Assembly (NCBI GenBank): GCA_900547765.1
Contig: URIA01000002.1
Span: 2,620 to 66,619, forward strand
Origin: an uncultured Collinsella sp.
GTDB lineage: Bacteria > Actinomycetota > Coriobacteriia > Coriobacteriales > Coriobacteriaceae
Direction: 5' to 3'
Length of the DNA stretch: 64,000 nucleotides
Part shown: positions 1 through 10,778 of the stretch, in pieces
How positions within the stretch are numbered: the first letter of the stretch is position 1
Layout: every line of letters starts with the position of its first letter
Position numbers and translations under genes: made by a program
The notes under the pieces: generated by a model
What the model was told of the DNA's origin: nothing
What the model saw: only the letters and a program-made list of their open reading frames with translations
Database searches by the model: none

Positions 1-1632
<1,632 letters not shown>

Positions 1633-1806
1633 TAACGTTAAGATGGACAAATGCGCCCGTTGGGGGAATAGTCGTGCCACTTCGCTTGACAACAGGCTAA
1701 ACTAGCTATTAAACATTTACTACTCTGTTTAGATTGAATTTGCGGTCGTTTATTTGCCGAGCTATCGAGTTGCGATGCTCCGCCGCGGCCGTTGCTAGGG
1801 GGAACA

Positions 1807-2817
1807 ATGGCCAAAGCAAGTGTTCGCGAGATCAGCCGCATCACCGGTTTTTCGCCTGCGACCGTGTCCAACGCGCTCAACCGCAAGCGCAGCGTGAGTG
1901 AGGAGACCGCCAAGGTCATCCTGGAGTGCGCACAGTCGCTGGGCTATCAGCAGTCGACGCAGCTCGAGAGCATCCAGTTTGTGCTTGCGCGCAAGACGGG
2001 CGCCATTCTGGACGAGAGCACCTTCCATCCTGCGGTCATTGAGGGCGTGGAGCGCCAGGCGCGCCGTCACGGTATGAGCACGAGCTTTGTCTCGCTCGAC
2101 TTTAGCGACTTGGACGCCGTGCGTCCGCAGGTCGAGGGCCTGATCGCCGATCCATCCGCCGCTATCGTGCTGATGGGTACCGAGCTGGGTGAGGAAGACT
2201 ATGCCTTGTTCGCCAACGCTGCCGCCCACTTGATCGTGCTCGATGGCTGGAGCGATCGTCAGTACTTCGATGCCGTAGTCATTGCCAACACCGACTCGGT
2301 GCTGCGCGCCGTGGACTACCTTATCGAGAAGGGTCACAAGCAAATCGGCTATCTGGCAGGCGACCTTCGCATCCGCAACTTTAAGGATCGCGAGCGCGGC
2401 TATCGCCAAGCGCTTGAGGATGCGGACCTTGAGGCCAACCCGACATGGCGCGTCACACTGGGCACCACGCTCGAAGGTGCTTATCGCGACATGGGCGCAT
2501 GGCTCGACAGCGTCTCGCGCGACGACCTGCCGACGGCTTTCTTTGCCGAAAACGACGTGCTCGCCGTAGGCGCCATGCGCGCGCTGAACGAGCACGGCAT
2601 ACGTGCCCCCGAGGATGTCTCAATCATCGGCTTTGACGATCTGTCTTTGGGCGCCTTCTCCAATCCGCCGCTCACCACGGTGCACGTTCCCAAGCACGAG
2701 GTGGGCGAGATCGCGGTGCGCCGCCTGGTGGGCAACATCCGCAATCCCAAGAGCTATACCTGCAAGACGGCCGTGTCGACCTACTTTGTCGAGCGCCAAA
2801 GCGTGCGCGAGATCTAG
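1807..2817 (+). CDS. LacI-family transcriptional regulator
   Basis: N-terminal HTH (ASVREISRITGFSPATVSNALNR) and periplasmic-binding-fold C-terminus. RBS AGGGGGAA before ATG 1807. Adjacent to the GH1 gene. Confidence 0.85.
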   Translation: MAKASVREISRITGFSPATVSNALNRKRSVSEETAKVILECAQSLGYQQSTQLESIQFVLARKTGAILDESTFHPAVIEGVERQARRHGMSTSFVSLDFSDLDAVRPQVEGLIADPSAAIVLMGTELGEEDYALFANAAAHLIVLDGWSDRQYFDAVVIANTDSVLRAVDYLIEKGHKQIGYLAGDLRIRNFKDRERGYRQALEDADLEANPTWRVTLGTTLEGAYRDMGAWLDSVSRDDLPTAFFAENDVLAVGAMRALNEHGIRAPEDVSIIGFDDLSLGAFSNPPLTTVHVPKHEVGEIAVRRLVGNIRNPKSYTCKTAVSTYFVERQSVREI

Positions 2818-2904
2818 TCGGAACGGCGCCAGACCCCAGAGCGGAAAAGTCCTTCTAGATTACCTAGAATGATTTTTCTGGGACGGGGATTTAAAACTCA
2901 TTGA

Positions 2905-2948
2905 TCCCCGTCCCGGGTAGCTCATTTGGGACGGGGCTTTTTTGACTG
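2905..2948 (+). terminator. Rho-independent terminator hairpin (CCCCGTCCC…GGGACGGGG followed by CTTTTTTG)
   Basis: 9-bp perfect stem with a 13-nt loop, then a T-run. Part of an array of four alternating GGGACGGGG/CCCCGTCCC elements (see findings). Confidence 0.6.
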
Positions 2949-3019
2949 GTATGATTGGTGCGACCATTCGAACCAGCTAAAAGAGCCCCGTCCCAATTTA
3001 ACTACCGAGAGGATCTGCC

Positions 3020-3508
3020 ATGGAGCGCATCGCGAGTTTTTCCGTTGACCATCTGCTGCTTGAGCCCGGCGTGTATGTGAGCCGCATCGACCGCGATCCG
3101 GCGACCGGCGCCGCCGTCACCACTTTTGACCTGCGCCTGACCACGCCCAATAAGGAGCCGGTTATGAACACGGCCGAATGCCACACCATCGAGCACTCGG
3201 GCGCGACGTTCCTTCGCAATCATGCCGAGTGGTCGAGCCGCATTGTCTACTTTGGTCCCATGGGCTGCCGTACGGGCTTTTACCTCGTCGTGTTTGGCGA
3301 GGTGACGAGCGAGGAGATTCTGCCGCTCGTGCGTGAGCTGTTCGAGTTTGTCGCTGGCTTTGAGGGCGATATCCCCGGTGCCGCTCCCGAGGAGTGCGGT
3401 AACTACCTGGACCAGAACCTTCCCATGGCAAACTGGCTCGCGCGCCGCTACCTCGACCGCGACTTGGCCGATATCGACGAGAATCACCTGCACTATCAGC
3501 AGGCGTAA
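3020..3508 (+). CDS. luxS: S-ribosylhomocysteinase LuxS
   Basis: HTIEH metal-binding motif and PMGCRTGFY motif characteristic of LuxS; ~160 aa. RBS GAGAGGA before ATG. Confidence 0.9.
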   Translation: MERIASFSVDHLLLEPGVYVSRIDRDPATGAAVTTFDLRLTTPNKEPVMNTAECHTIEHSGATFLRNHAEWSSRIVYFGPMGCRTGFYLVVFGEVTSEEILPLVRELFEFVAGFEGDIPGAAPEECGNYLDQNLPMANWLARRYLDRDLADIDENHLHYQQA

Positions 3509-3536
3509 GGCTGCTTGCAGGAATAACGTTTGTGCC

Positions 3537-3572
3537 AGAAGCGCTCCCGCTCTTTGCGGAGCGCTTTTTTAT
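3537..3572 (+). terminator. Rho-independent terminator after luxS
   Basis: Hairpin AGCGCTCC(C)GC-tctttg-GCGGAGCGCT followed by TTTTTT. Confidence 0.6.
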
Positions 3573-3643
3573 GCCGAGTGCTCAAAACAGAACAAGATTG
3601 TTCTAGAATGTTCATACTGTCACACAAACGAACAGGAGCGAAC

Positions 3644-4288
3644 ATGCATATCTACTCTGTCTCTGATCCCGAGTTCAAGTCCTATGGCAACGTTTGGGAT
3701 AACGTTCCGTCCGAGCTTACGTCGCCCGTGCTCGAGGCACTTGCCTCCACGCCCATCCCCGAGGGCAGCAAGTATGTGGCCTCCGCGCCCGAGCTCGAGG
3801 GTGTCATGGATGCCGATAAGCTGGGCTTTCTCATGTTTGGCGGTCGTCCCTTCCAGCTGGGCTGGTGCAACGGCCACAACACGCGTCTCAACTGCCTGGA
3901 GTACCACCGCGCGAGCGAGTTCAACCTGGGCGCCCGCGACTTTATCCTGCTCGTGGCGCATCGCTGGGAGATCGAGGACGGCAAGCTCGATACCGCGTGC
4001 GTCAAGGCGTTCCGCGTGCCGGCCGGCACGCTTGTTGAGGTTTTCAACACCACGCTTCACTACACGCCCTGCATGGTCGACGACGGCGGCTTCCAGGTGA
4101 TGGTGGCGCTGCCCGCCGGCACCAACGGCCCGCGCCCCGAGGCTGCAGCCGACATGCCTGCCGCCGGTGACGGCTACTGCTACTGGAAGGCCGACAAGTG
4201 GGTTCTCTGTCATGCTGACAGCCCCAAGGCAGCCGAGGGCGGCTACGTAGGCCTCATCGGCAAAAACCTCGACATCACCGTGGACTAG
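3644..4288 (+). CDS. Hypothetical protein (possibly DUF4867-like)
   Basis: ATG 3644 preceded by AGGAG; the track start at 3530 would run through the luxS terminator. Globular, cysteine-containing 214-aa protein. The DUF4867 assignment is from memory only. Confidence 0.55.
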   Translation: MHIYSVSDPEFKSYGNVWDNVPSELTSPVLEALASTPIPEGSKYVASAPELEGVMDADKLGFLMFGGRPFQLGWCNGHNTRLNCLEYHRASEFNLGARDFILLVAHRWEIEDGKLDTACVKAFRVPAGTLVEVFNTTLHYTPCMVDDGGFQVMVALPAGTNGPRPEAAADMPAAGDGYCYWKADKWVLCHADSPKAAEGGYVGLIGKNLDITVD

Positions 4289-4296
4289 CGCATCGC

Positions 4297-4343
4297 CCCA
4301 AACCACCACAAAGGTGCCTGTCCCCTTTGCGGTGGTTTGGGGC
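4297..4343. repeat. REP-like hairpin repeat, copy a (inverted orientation, extended stem, one stem mismatch)
   Basis: ccccaaACCACCACAAAGGtgcctgtccccTTTGCGGTGGTTtgggg. The loop is the reverse complement of the GGGGACAGGCACC loop of copies b-d. Confidence 0.8.
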
Positions 4344-4541
4344 GGGCGGATATCGGGAAGTGCCAGACGGGGGAGGCTGCCGGGCGCCTTGCCGTCTGCG
4401 GATTTTGGGACATGTGGCCCGCTTTTTGAGCCTGCCTGTCGGTACACTAAAAGCACTATGGGTACCCGCGAGCGACATATCGGCCACGCGGCCGCCCGAT
4501 CCGCACCCGTGGCGGATCCCAGGGGCGGCAGGCTCTTCGCC

Positions 4542-6341
4542 ATGCCGCGATTCCTTGTTGGCATAACGCATCAGGTGTACCGTCACCGCGTCTTTGCTAT
4601 CGCCGGCGCCATCACCGCGCTGTTCCTCATGCTTTTGGCAGTCTTGCCGGCGCTGTTCGCCTTCGACCCCAAACTTTCTAACGCCGTGCCCGCCTATAGC
4701 GAGGTGTCCGAAGAGGTCGTGGATGCGCTCGTCCACTCGAGCTCTCCCCCGCTTCTTGTCGCCGCAATTATATTTTCGATCTGGGGCGTATCGGTCTATC
4801 TGCGCTGTTTGGACTATGTGTTGCGCCGCCGCCTTGTTGCCATCGCCACCATCTGCGCCCTGTGGATGATCGAAGTCATTCTCAAGTACAAGTCGTTCAC
4901 GCCGTTCTATGCCACCGTGCTGTGGTACCTGTACTACGTGCCCATGACGCTCATTCCGCTGCTCTACCAGTTGTGTGGTTTGCGCCTTGCGGGTCTGGAG
5001 CAACACCGCCTGGGTCGCCGCTACTGCGCTGCGCTGTGGATTGTGGCCATCCTGCTTATCGGATTTGTGCTCACCAACGATTTTCACCAGCAGGTCTTCC
5101 GCTTTGACCGTACAAGCGACACCTGGAGCAACGATTACACGTACGGCTGGGGTTATTTCGCCGTCTTAGTGTGGACGGCCTTTAACTTTGTGGCCTTTTT
5201 TATCCTGGTTGGTCGGTCCTCGTCCTTTCGCATCCAGCGTTTCTCGGGCACGGCGGCGCTCGTGCTGCTGGGCGGCGCGTTCTTTGCCATCTCATATGCG
5301 TTGCGCGTGCCCTGGGCATGGAGGCTCAACTTCTCGCTCATCTATTGCGTCTTGTGCGTGGTGGCGATGGAAATCTGTCTCGATTGCGGTGTCATTCCGT
5401 CATATCACGACATCGCCGGCATCTTCGACACCTTGCCGCTCGACCTCAAAGTTCTAACGCGCGACTTGCAGGAAGTCTATGCCACGCCGGTGTCGAAGCC
5501 AATGCCGGCGGGCGTGTGCGAAGAGCTGCGAGCCCAGGAACACGGGCATGCCCATGCCTTTGCCGTGGAGTCCAATCCCGATGTGATGTACCGAGCCTTT
5601 CCACTGCTGGGCGGATCGGCCCTGCTTGCCCAAGACGTGTCGGATCTCAACGAGCTTAACCGTGAACTGGCACACCGTCGCATGGAGCTGCAACGCCAAA
5701 ACGAGCTGCTCGCCGCCGACTACGACCTTAAGACGCATTTGGCAGATCAAGAGGCCGAGACCTTATTGGTCCAAGACGTGGACCAAGCGCTTGCCCGCGC
5801 GCTCGAAGGGATGTACGACCTGCTGAGCTCGCTGCCGCCATTGACCGACGAAGCGTCTTCGCACGAGCGCTACCGCATGCTGCAGCGCGCCAAGATGCTC
5901 GTCGCCTATTGCAAGCGCAAGGGGTCGCTCACGTTGGCACAGCACGGGGAGAGCGGTTTTGATCGCGACCGCATTCAGCTCATCGCCAACGAGCTCGCAA
6001 GCGACCTGCGCACCATCGATATCGATTGCGCCTCGATTATCGCCATACGGCGCCCGTTGCACGCCAGTACGGTAAGCGCCCTGTACGACTGCGTGTATGA
6101 CTTTGCGTTTTTTGCCTACACCACCGACCATCCGGCGCTTATGTATCACTTGGGCGACCATGACCGATGCAGTGTCGAGCTGCGCGCCACGCTTTTTTCC
6201 AACGATGATGCAGATCTTTCGCAGACGCCCGCTGCGCAAGAGCTCGAAAGCGCTCTGCAAGGGCGCAACGTGGCATACCGCCTTGAGGGCGAGTCCGGCC
6301 AGCTGCGCATGATCGTCTTGATGCCGAGGGCGGGTGAGTGA
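4542..6341 (+). CDS. Polytopic membrane protein with a degenerate histidine-kinase-like cytoplasmic domain (putative accessory sensor)
   Basis: Multiple hydrophobic helices in the N-terminal half; C-terminal coiled region without a recognizable HisKA_3 H-box or ATPase N/G boxes. Stop overlaps the next gene (ATGA). Start uncertain: ATG 4458 or 4542, neither with a good RBS. Confidence 0.5.
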   Translation: MPRFLVGITHQVYRHRVFAIAGAITALFLMLLAVLPALFAFDPKLSNAVPAYSEVSEEVVDALVHSSSPPLLVAAIIFSIWGVSVYLRCLDYVLRRRLVAIATICALWMIEVILKYKSFTPFYATVLWYLYYVPMTLIPLLYQLCGLRLAGLEQHRLGRRYCAALWIVAILLIGFVLTNDFHQQVFRFDRTSDTWSNDYTYGWGYFAVLVWTAFNFVAFFILVGRSSSFRIQRFSGTAALVLLGGAFFAISYALRVPWAWRLNFSLIYCVLCVVAMEICLDCGVIPSYHDIAGIFDTLPLDLKVLTRDLQEVYATPVSKPMPAGVCEELRAQEHGHAHAFAVESNPDVMYRAFPLLGGSALLAQDVSDLNELNRELAHRRMELQRQNELLAADYDLKTHLADQEAETLLVQDVDQALARALEGMYDLLSSLPPLTDEASSHERYRMLQRAKMLVAYCKRKGSLTLAQHGESGFDRDRIQLIANELASDLRTIDIDCASIIAIRRPLHASTVSALYDCVYDFAFFAYTTDHPALMYHLGDHDRCSVELRATLFSNDDADLSQTPAAQELESALQGRNVAYRLEGESGQLRMIVLMPRAGE

Positions 6342-7837
6342 CGATGCAGATTTCGCTCATCCTTCCCCAAATCGTTGCGCTCGATGTTGTCTTTGCCCTG
6401 GCTGCGTGTCTGCAGACGATCCACGTCCCGCTCATTTCATCGCGCCGCTCGTCCTATAACCGTAAGGTGATTTGCGCCTACGAGACGAGCTTCGTGGTTC
6501 ACCTGGTGGTTTCGGCGCTTATCCTGTTCGCGTCGTCTGGCTCGTATCTGGTGGCGCCGCTTGACGTTTGCGCCAGGGCAATGGGCGGAGTGCTGTGGCT
6601 CAATGCCGCGATTTTTGCCTATGGCGTGGTGCTTATGGTGCGCTATCGTCGCCCCGTCATGCTGGTCGAGCTGCTGCTTGTTGTCGCCGTTACACCGCCG
6701 GTGGTTTTTGCCATGGGCTCGGCGTGGGCCGTTGTCCTTATCGCAGAGGGAGCGTTCTTCCTGTTCCGTTCCATCGCGGCGCTCTTGATGGATGTCCGCA
6801 ACCGCCAGGAGGATATCACCGCGTTCTCGACGATCGAAACCATCAACGTGATTCCCGTGGGCATCCTGTATCTGGACCCGAGGGGCCGTCCGCTGCTCAT
6901 GAACCGCTGCATGCGAAAAAACCTGGTGGAGCTTCATATGCCCACCGACCTAGGTGATATGAGCGGAACATGGAACGACCTGCGCAAACTCAGCATGCAA
7001 ATGCCCGAAAGCAGCCAGAACCGCGTGCGGATTAATCTGGACCGCTTTGGTGAGGCGCGGGCGGTGGTCGAGGTTTCTCCCGCCGAGATTCGCTTGTTTG
7101 TGCACGACGAGGTTATGGTTTCGGGCCGCCTCTTTGAGCGCATTATCGGACTGGACGTGACGGAATACGCACACGCCTACGACCGCCTGGCGCAAGCCAA
7201 CCACCTGCTTGAGCTTGCGGGCCAAGAGCTCCAAGCCCAGATCGAAGAAGTCAAAAAAGTTGCTGACAATGCGGCCTATCTGCGTATGCGCGCTCGCGTG
7301 CACGACGTGATCGGGCAGCGCCTGTCCATCCTCCATCGTTATCTGGAGGAGGGGCGCCTGGACGACGAGTCGCTCGAGCAGATCGACCCGTTGCTGCGCT
7401 CGATCGCCGCCGATCTGCGCAGTGGCGGTGCCAGTGAGCCTGTGGAGCAGCTGGGTGATATCGTCCACGCCTTTGGCCTGGTGAGCGTGCAGATCGATGT
7501 GGAGGGCGAGCTGCCAAGCGACGCGCGTGTCGCCGCAGCCTTTCTGCAGATTATCCGCGAAGCCTCGACCAATGCCACCAAGCATGCACAGGCCCATCAG
7601 GTCCATGTGCGCCTGCGGCAGGAGACGTCGGAAGACGGCGCTGTTGCGCGGATGGCCGTTTCTAACGACGGCGCGCCTGCACCCGTATCGTATCGCGAGG
7701 GAACGGGTATCCCAGGTATGAGGCATGTCGCACAGAATCTGGGCGGCAGCCTGGAAGTCCACACCGCCCCGCCCTTCACGCTTACGGTGTCCATCCCGCT
7801 CGCCTCCAACGCCACGGCCCAAAGGAGAAGCTCATGA
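6338..7837 (+). CDS. Sensor histidine kinase (HisKA_3 / NarX-DesK type)
   Basis: N-terminal TM helices; H-box HDVIGQRLSIL; ATPase N-box NATKHAQA and G-box GTGIPGM. Translationally coupled to the flanking genes. Confidence 0.8.
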   Translation: MTMQISLILPQIVALDVVFALAACLQTIHVPLISSRRSSYNRKVICAYETSFVVHLVVSALILFASSGSYLVAPLDVCARAMGGVLWLNAAIFAYGVVLMVRYRRPVMLVELLLVVAVTPPVVFAMGSAWAVVLIAEGAFFLFRSIAALLMDVRNRQEDITAFSTIETINVIPVGILYLDPRGRPLLMNRCMRKNLVELHMPTDLGDMSGTWNDLRKLSMQMPESSQNRVRINLDRFGEARAVVEVSPAEIRLFVHDEVMVSGRLFERIIGLDVTEYAHAYDRLAQANHLLELAGQELQAQIEEVKKVADNAAYLRMRARVHDVIGQRLSILHRYLEEGRLDDESLEQIDPLLRSIAADLRSGGASEPVEQLGDIVHAFGLVSVQIDVEGELPSDARVAAAFLQIIREASTNATKHAQAHQVHVRLRQETSEDGAVARMAVSNDGAPAPVSYREGTGIPGMRHVAQNLGGSLEVHTAPPFTLTVSIPLASNATAQRRSS

Positions 7838-8454
7838 TCCGCGTGTTAATCGTCGAAGACCAGGCTATCTTGCGCGAGAGCCTGGCGCGTTCCGTGGGCG
7901 ACCAGCCCGACATGACCGTTGTCGCCGCGATCGCCGACGCCTCGGATGCCTTGGACGTTGTGCTCAAGGAGCGCCCGGACATGATACTGATGGACGTATG
8001 CACCGAGCATGATTCCAACGGCATCGTGGCGGCGGCGCGCATTAAAGAACAACTGCCCGAGTGCCGCGTCATTATCATGACCGGCATGCCCGAGATCACC
8101 TTTGTCGATCAGGCCCGCGAGGCGGGCGTCGATAGCTTTGTGTACAAGAACGTCGGTATCGACGAGTTGTTCGCCGTGATGCGCTCCACGCTGGCGGGCT
8201 ATTGCACGTTTCCCAAGCCGCCCGAGAGTATTTTTTCGGGTACGGCGGCACTCGACGATGTTGAGCTATCGATTTTGCGCCTTGCCTGCGAGGGCAAGAG
8301 CCGTCGCGAGATCGCGGCCGAGCTGTTTATGAGTGAGGGCACCATCAAGCGTCGCATCTCGGAGATCCTCAACAAGACCGGCTACGACAACATCATGCGC
8401 TTGGCCGTGCGCGCAGTAACGGACGGCAGCATCGTTCCCAATATGGAGCGCTAG
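7834..8454 (+). CDS. Response regulator, NarL/FixJ (LuxR) family
   Basis: Receiver domain (IVEDQ…D…ILMDV) plus C-terminal LuxR HTH (LSILRLACEGKSRREIAAELFMSEGTIKRR). Confidence 0.85.
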   Translation: MIRVLIVEDQAILRESLARSVGDQPDMTVVAAIADASDALDVVLKERPDMILMDVCTEHDSNGIVAAARIKEQLPECRVIIMTGMPEITFVDQAREAGVDSFVYKNVGIDELFAVMRSTLAGYCTFPKPPESIFSGTAALDDVELSILRLACEGKSRREIAAELFMSEGTIKRRISEILNKTGYDNIMRLAVRAVTDGSIVPNMER

Positions 8455-8483
8455 CGCTCGTTACGCATCGGCACAAAAACGAC

Positions 8484-8512
8484 GGGGCCGCAGGATCAAC
8501 TCCTGCGGCCCC
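8484..8512. terminator. Terminator hairpin between convergent genes
   Basis: GGGGCCGCAGG-atcaact-CCTGCGGCCCC. The T-run is on the minus-strand side only (gtcgtttttgtg), so it mainly serves the minus-strand SPFH/lipoprotein operon. Confidence 0.55.
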
Positions 8513-8565
8513 GCCTGACATGTGCGCGGATGTATCCGCCAATCCGCGGCCGTCGATGTCTGCCG

Positions 8566-9408
8566 CTACGCGATGGTTGCGCTGTAGGAGGCGACGTCCT
8601 CGTAGGAATCGGTCAGGTAGGCGTCGATGCCGATGGTCGTATTGACCAGGTCGTCAAGGCTGTCAAGCTCGCCGCTCGAGAACGTGAATTCCTCGGTGGC
8701 GCTGGTGCCGGGCATCAGGTGAGCCGAGAACCAGGGTTCCTTCATAGTGCCGTTGACGTTGGTCTTGCCGGAAGGAGCGTAGAAGGTCAGGTCCTTGTCG
8801 CTCTTGTTGGTGATGTTGACGACAAAACCGATGTCGCCCCACTCGTCCTTGAACTTCTCGGTGATGGTGATGGTGCACAGGTCGTCATCGGCGACGGTGA
8901 CGGCGGGGGAGATTTCGACACTCTGGACGTCGTCGTCTTCGACGGCCTCATCGACCTCTTCTTCCTTCTCGGCCGCCTCGCGATCCTTCTTCACCGTGCC
9001 GGACAGATCCTTGTCGGACTTGGTGAAGATAAGCTTGTCGCCTTCCACCTCAAGGACGAGCTTGTCGTCCTTGAGCTTCAGGTCGTGCGACTCATCTTCG
9101 GCGGTGATCGTTACGGTGGTGGCGTCCTTGGCTTCCCATTTCAGGTCGGCGACCTCAAGGAACATATCGAGGACGCCTGTGCCGTCCTCGTCGAGGATCA
9201 GGACGCAGTTGAGGCCCCACTCCTTGAGCATATCCATGTACTCATCGGTGAGCTCTTCGCCATCCAAGGTTCCACCCGAGTACTGCCAGCTGCCGACGAA
9301 GTTGGCCTTGGGGTCCTTGCCGCCGCCGCTGCAGCCCGTCAGGGCAAAGGCGAGCGCCAGGACGCATGTCAGAAATGCGAGTACGGACTTTTTGAACGTT
9401 GTCTTCAT
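8566..9408 (-). CDS. Lipoprotein (hypothetical)
   Basis: ATG at 9408 preceded by AAAGGAGG. Signal peptide with lipobox LTGCSGG; acidic linker. The upstream 80 aa of the track ORF have no RBS. Confidence 0.7.
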   Translation of the reverse strand: MKTTFKKSVLAFLTCVLALAFALTGCSGGGKDPKANFVGSWQYSGGTLDGEELTDEYMDMLKEWGLNCVLILDEDGTGVLDMFLEVADLKWEAKDATTVTITAEDESHDLKLKDDKLVLEVEGDKLIFTKSDKDLSGTVKKDREAAEKEEEVDEAVEDDDVQSVEISPAVTVADDDLCTITITEKFKDEWGDIGFVVNITNKSDKDLTFYAPSGKTNVNGTMKEPWFSAHLMPGTSATEEFTFSSGELDSLDDLVNTTIGIDAYLTDSYEDVASYSATIA

Positions 9409-9488
9409 GGTGTCCTCCTTTATCGAACGAAACCCATAGAAGCAAATGCGGGGGTGGCGGAACCCCCGCCAATTACCAGATAGAGGGG

Positions 9489-10730
9489 TTAGGGCCGGGG
9501 CGTTCCGCAGTTGCTGCAGAACTTGCCGCCGTTTTCGCTGCCGCAGTTGGGGCAGAACCACTTTGCCGGTGCCGGGGCGGGTGCGGGACTGCCGCACTCG
9601 GAGCAGAACTTGCCGGTGTTGGTGGCGCCGCAGCTGCAAGTCCACGTGCCGGCCGCAGGTGCGGCGGCGGGAGCCGGTGCGGGGGCGGGAGCCGGAGCCG
9701 GCTGCGGGGCGGCCTGCTGCTGTGCCTGGCCGGCGGCGAACAGCTGGCTGGCGTTCATGCCGCCCATGCCACCTGCCATGCCCATGCCCATAAAGCCTGC
9801 CATCGCGCCGTTGGGGTTGGCGGCTGCCGCGCGCATCGCATCGCTCTGGGCGCTGGCGATGTTGGCTGCCGCCATGGTGGGATCGCGCATGACCGCGGCT
9901 TTCTGCAGGTCCTTGATCATCTGCTCGTCTTCTTGCGAGGCGGCGATGGAGTTGACGCCAAAGCTTACGATCTCAACGCCGCGCAGGTCACGCCAGTCGG
10001 CAGAGAGGACCTCGTTGAGCGCGCGGGCGAGCTCGGTGGTGTGGCCGGGGATGGCGCTGTAGCGGATGCCCATCTCCGAGATCTTGGCAAAGGCGGGCTG
10101 CAGGGCGGTGAGCAGCTCGGACTTAAGCTGGCTGTCGATCTTGTCGCGCGTGTAGCTATCGGTCACGTTGCCGCATACGTTGGTGTAGAACAGCAGCGGG
10201 TTGGTGATGCGGTACGAATACTCGCCGTTGCAGCGCACGGAGATGTCGACGTCCAGGCCAATGTTGTTGTCGACCACGCGGAAGGGCACGGGCGAGGCGG
10301 TGCCGTACTTATTGCCGATAATCTCCTTGGTGTTAATGAAGTAGACGCGCTGGTCCTTGCCCGCGTCGCCGCCGAAGGTAAAGCGGCTGCCGATATTGGC
10401 GAAGGTCTCCTTGATGGAGTCGCCCAGGTTGCCGCTAAAGACGCTCGGCTCGCTGCCGGTATCGAAGACGAACTCGCCGGGCTCCAGTGCGACTTCGATG
10501 ATCTTGCCGTTTTGCACCACGAGCATGCCCTGGCCGTCGTTGACGGCGATGACGGAGCCGTTGGAGATGACGTTGTCCTCGCCGCGCGTGTTGGAGCTGC
10601 GGCCACCGGTACGTTTGCTGCCCTTGCAGGCCAAGACGTCAGCAGGCATCGATTCGCAGTAGATATATTCCTTCCACTGGTCGGCCATGACGCCGCCGGC
10701 AGCTCCCAATCCAGCTTTCAAGAGTCCCAT
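9489..10730 (-). CDS. SPFH/band-7 domain protein with C-terminal zinc ribbons (YdjI / COG4260-like)
   Basis: Architecture and motifs resemble B. subtilis YdjI (…VYFINTKEI…). Gly/Met-rich segment, PAPAPA linker, then two CxxC…CxxC zinc ribbons at the C-terminus. RBS AAAGGAAG. Confidence 0.75.
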   Translation of the reverse strand: MGLLKAGLGAAGGVMADQWKEYIYCESMPADVLACKGSKRTGGRSSNTRGEDNVISNGSVIAVNDGQGMLVVQNGKIIEVALEPGEFVFDTGSEPSVFSGNLGDSIKETFANIGSRFTFGGDAGKDQRVYFINTKEIIGNKYGTASPVPFRVVDNNIGLDVDISVRCNGEYSYRITNPLLFYTNVCGNVTDSYTRDKIDSQLKSELLTALQPAFAKISEMGIRYSAIPGHTTELARALNEVLSADWRDLRGVEIVSFGVNSIAASQEDEQMIKDLQKAAVMRDPTMAAANIASAQSDAMRAAAANPNGAMAGFMGMGMAGGMGGMNASQLFAAGQAQQQAAPQPAPAPAPAPAPAAAPAAGTWTCSCGATNTGKFCSECGSPAPAPAPAKWFCPNCGSENGGKFCSNCGTPRP

Positions 10731-10778
10731 GGTGATCTTCCTTTCTCGTCAGAGGCCGGGTGGTATTGGTTGGATTGC

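Noticed and set aside
3589-3604. Possible LexA/Cheo box (GAAC…GTTC)
   Set aside because: Spacer is 6 nt, not the 4 nt of Cheo (CGAAC-N4-GTTCG) or actinobacterial LexA boxes (TCGAAC-N4-GTTCGA); kept only as a generic inverted repeat.
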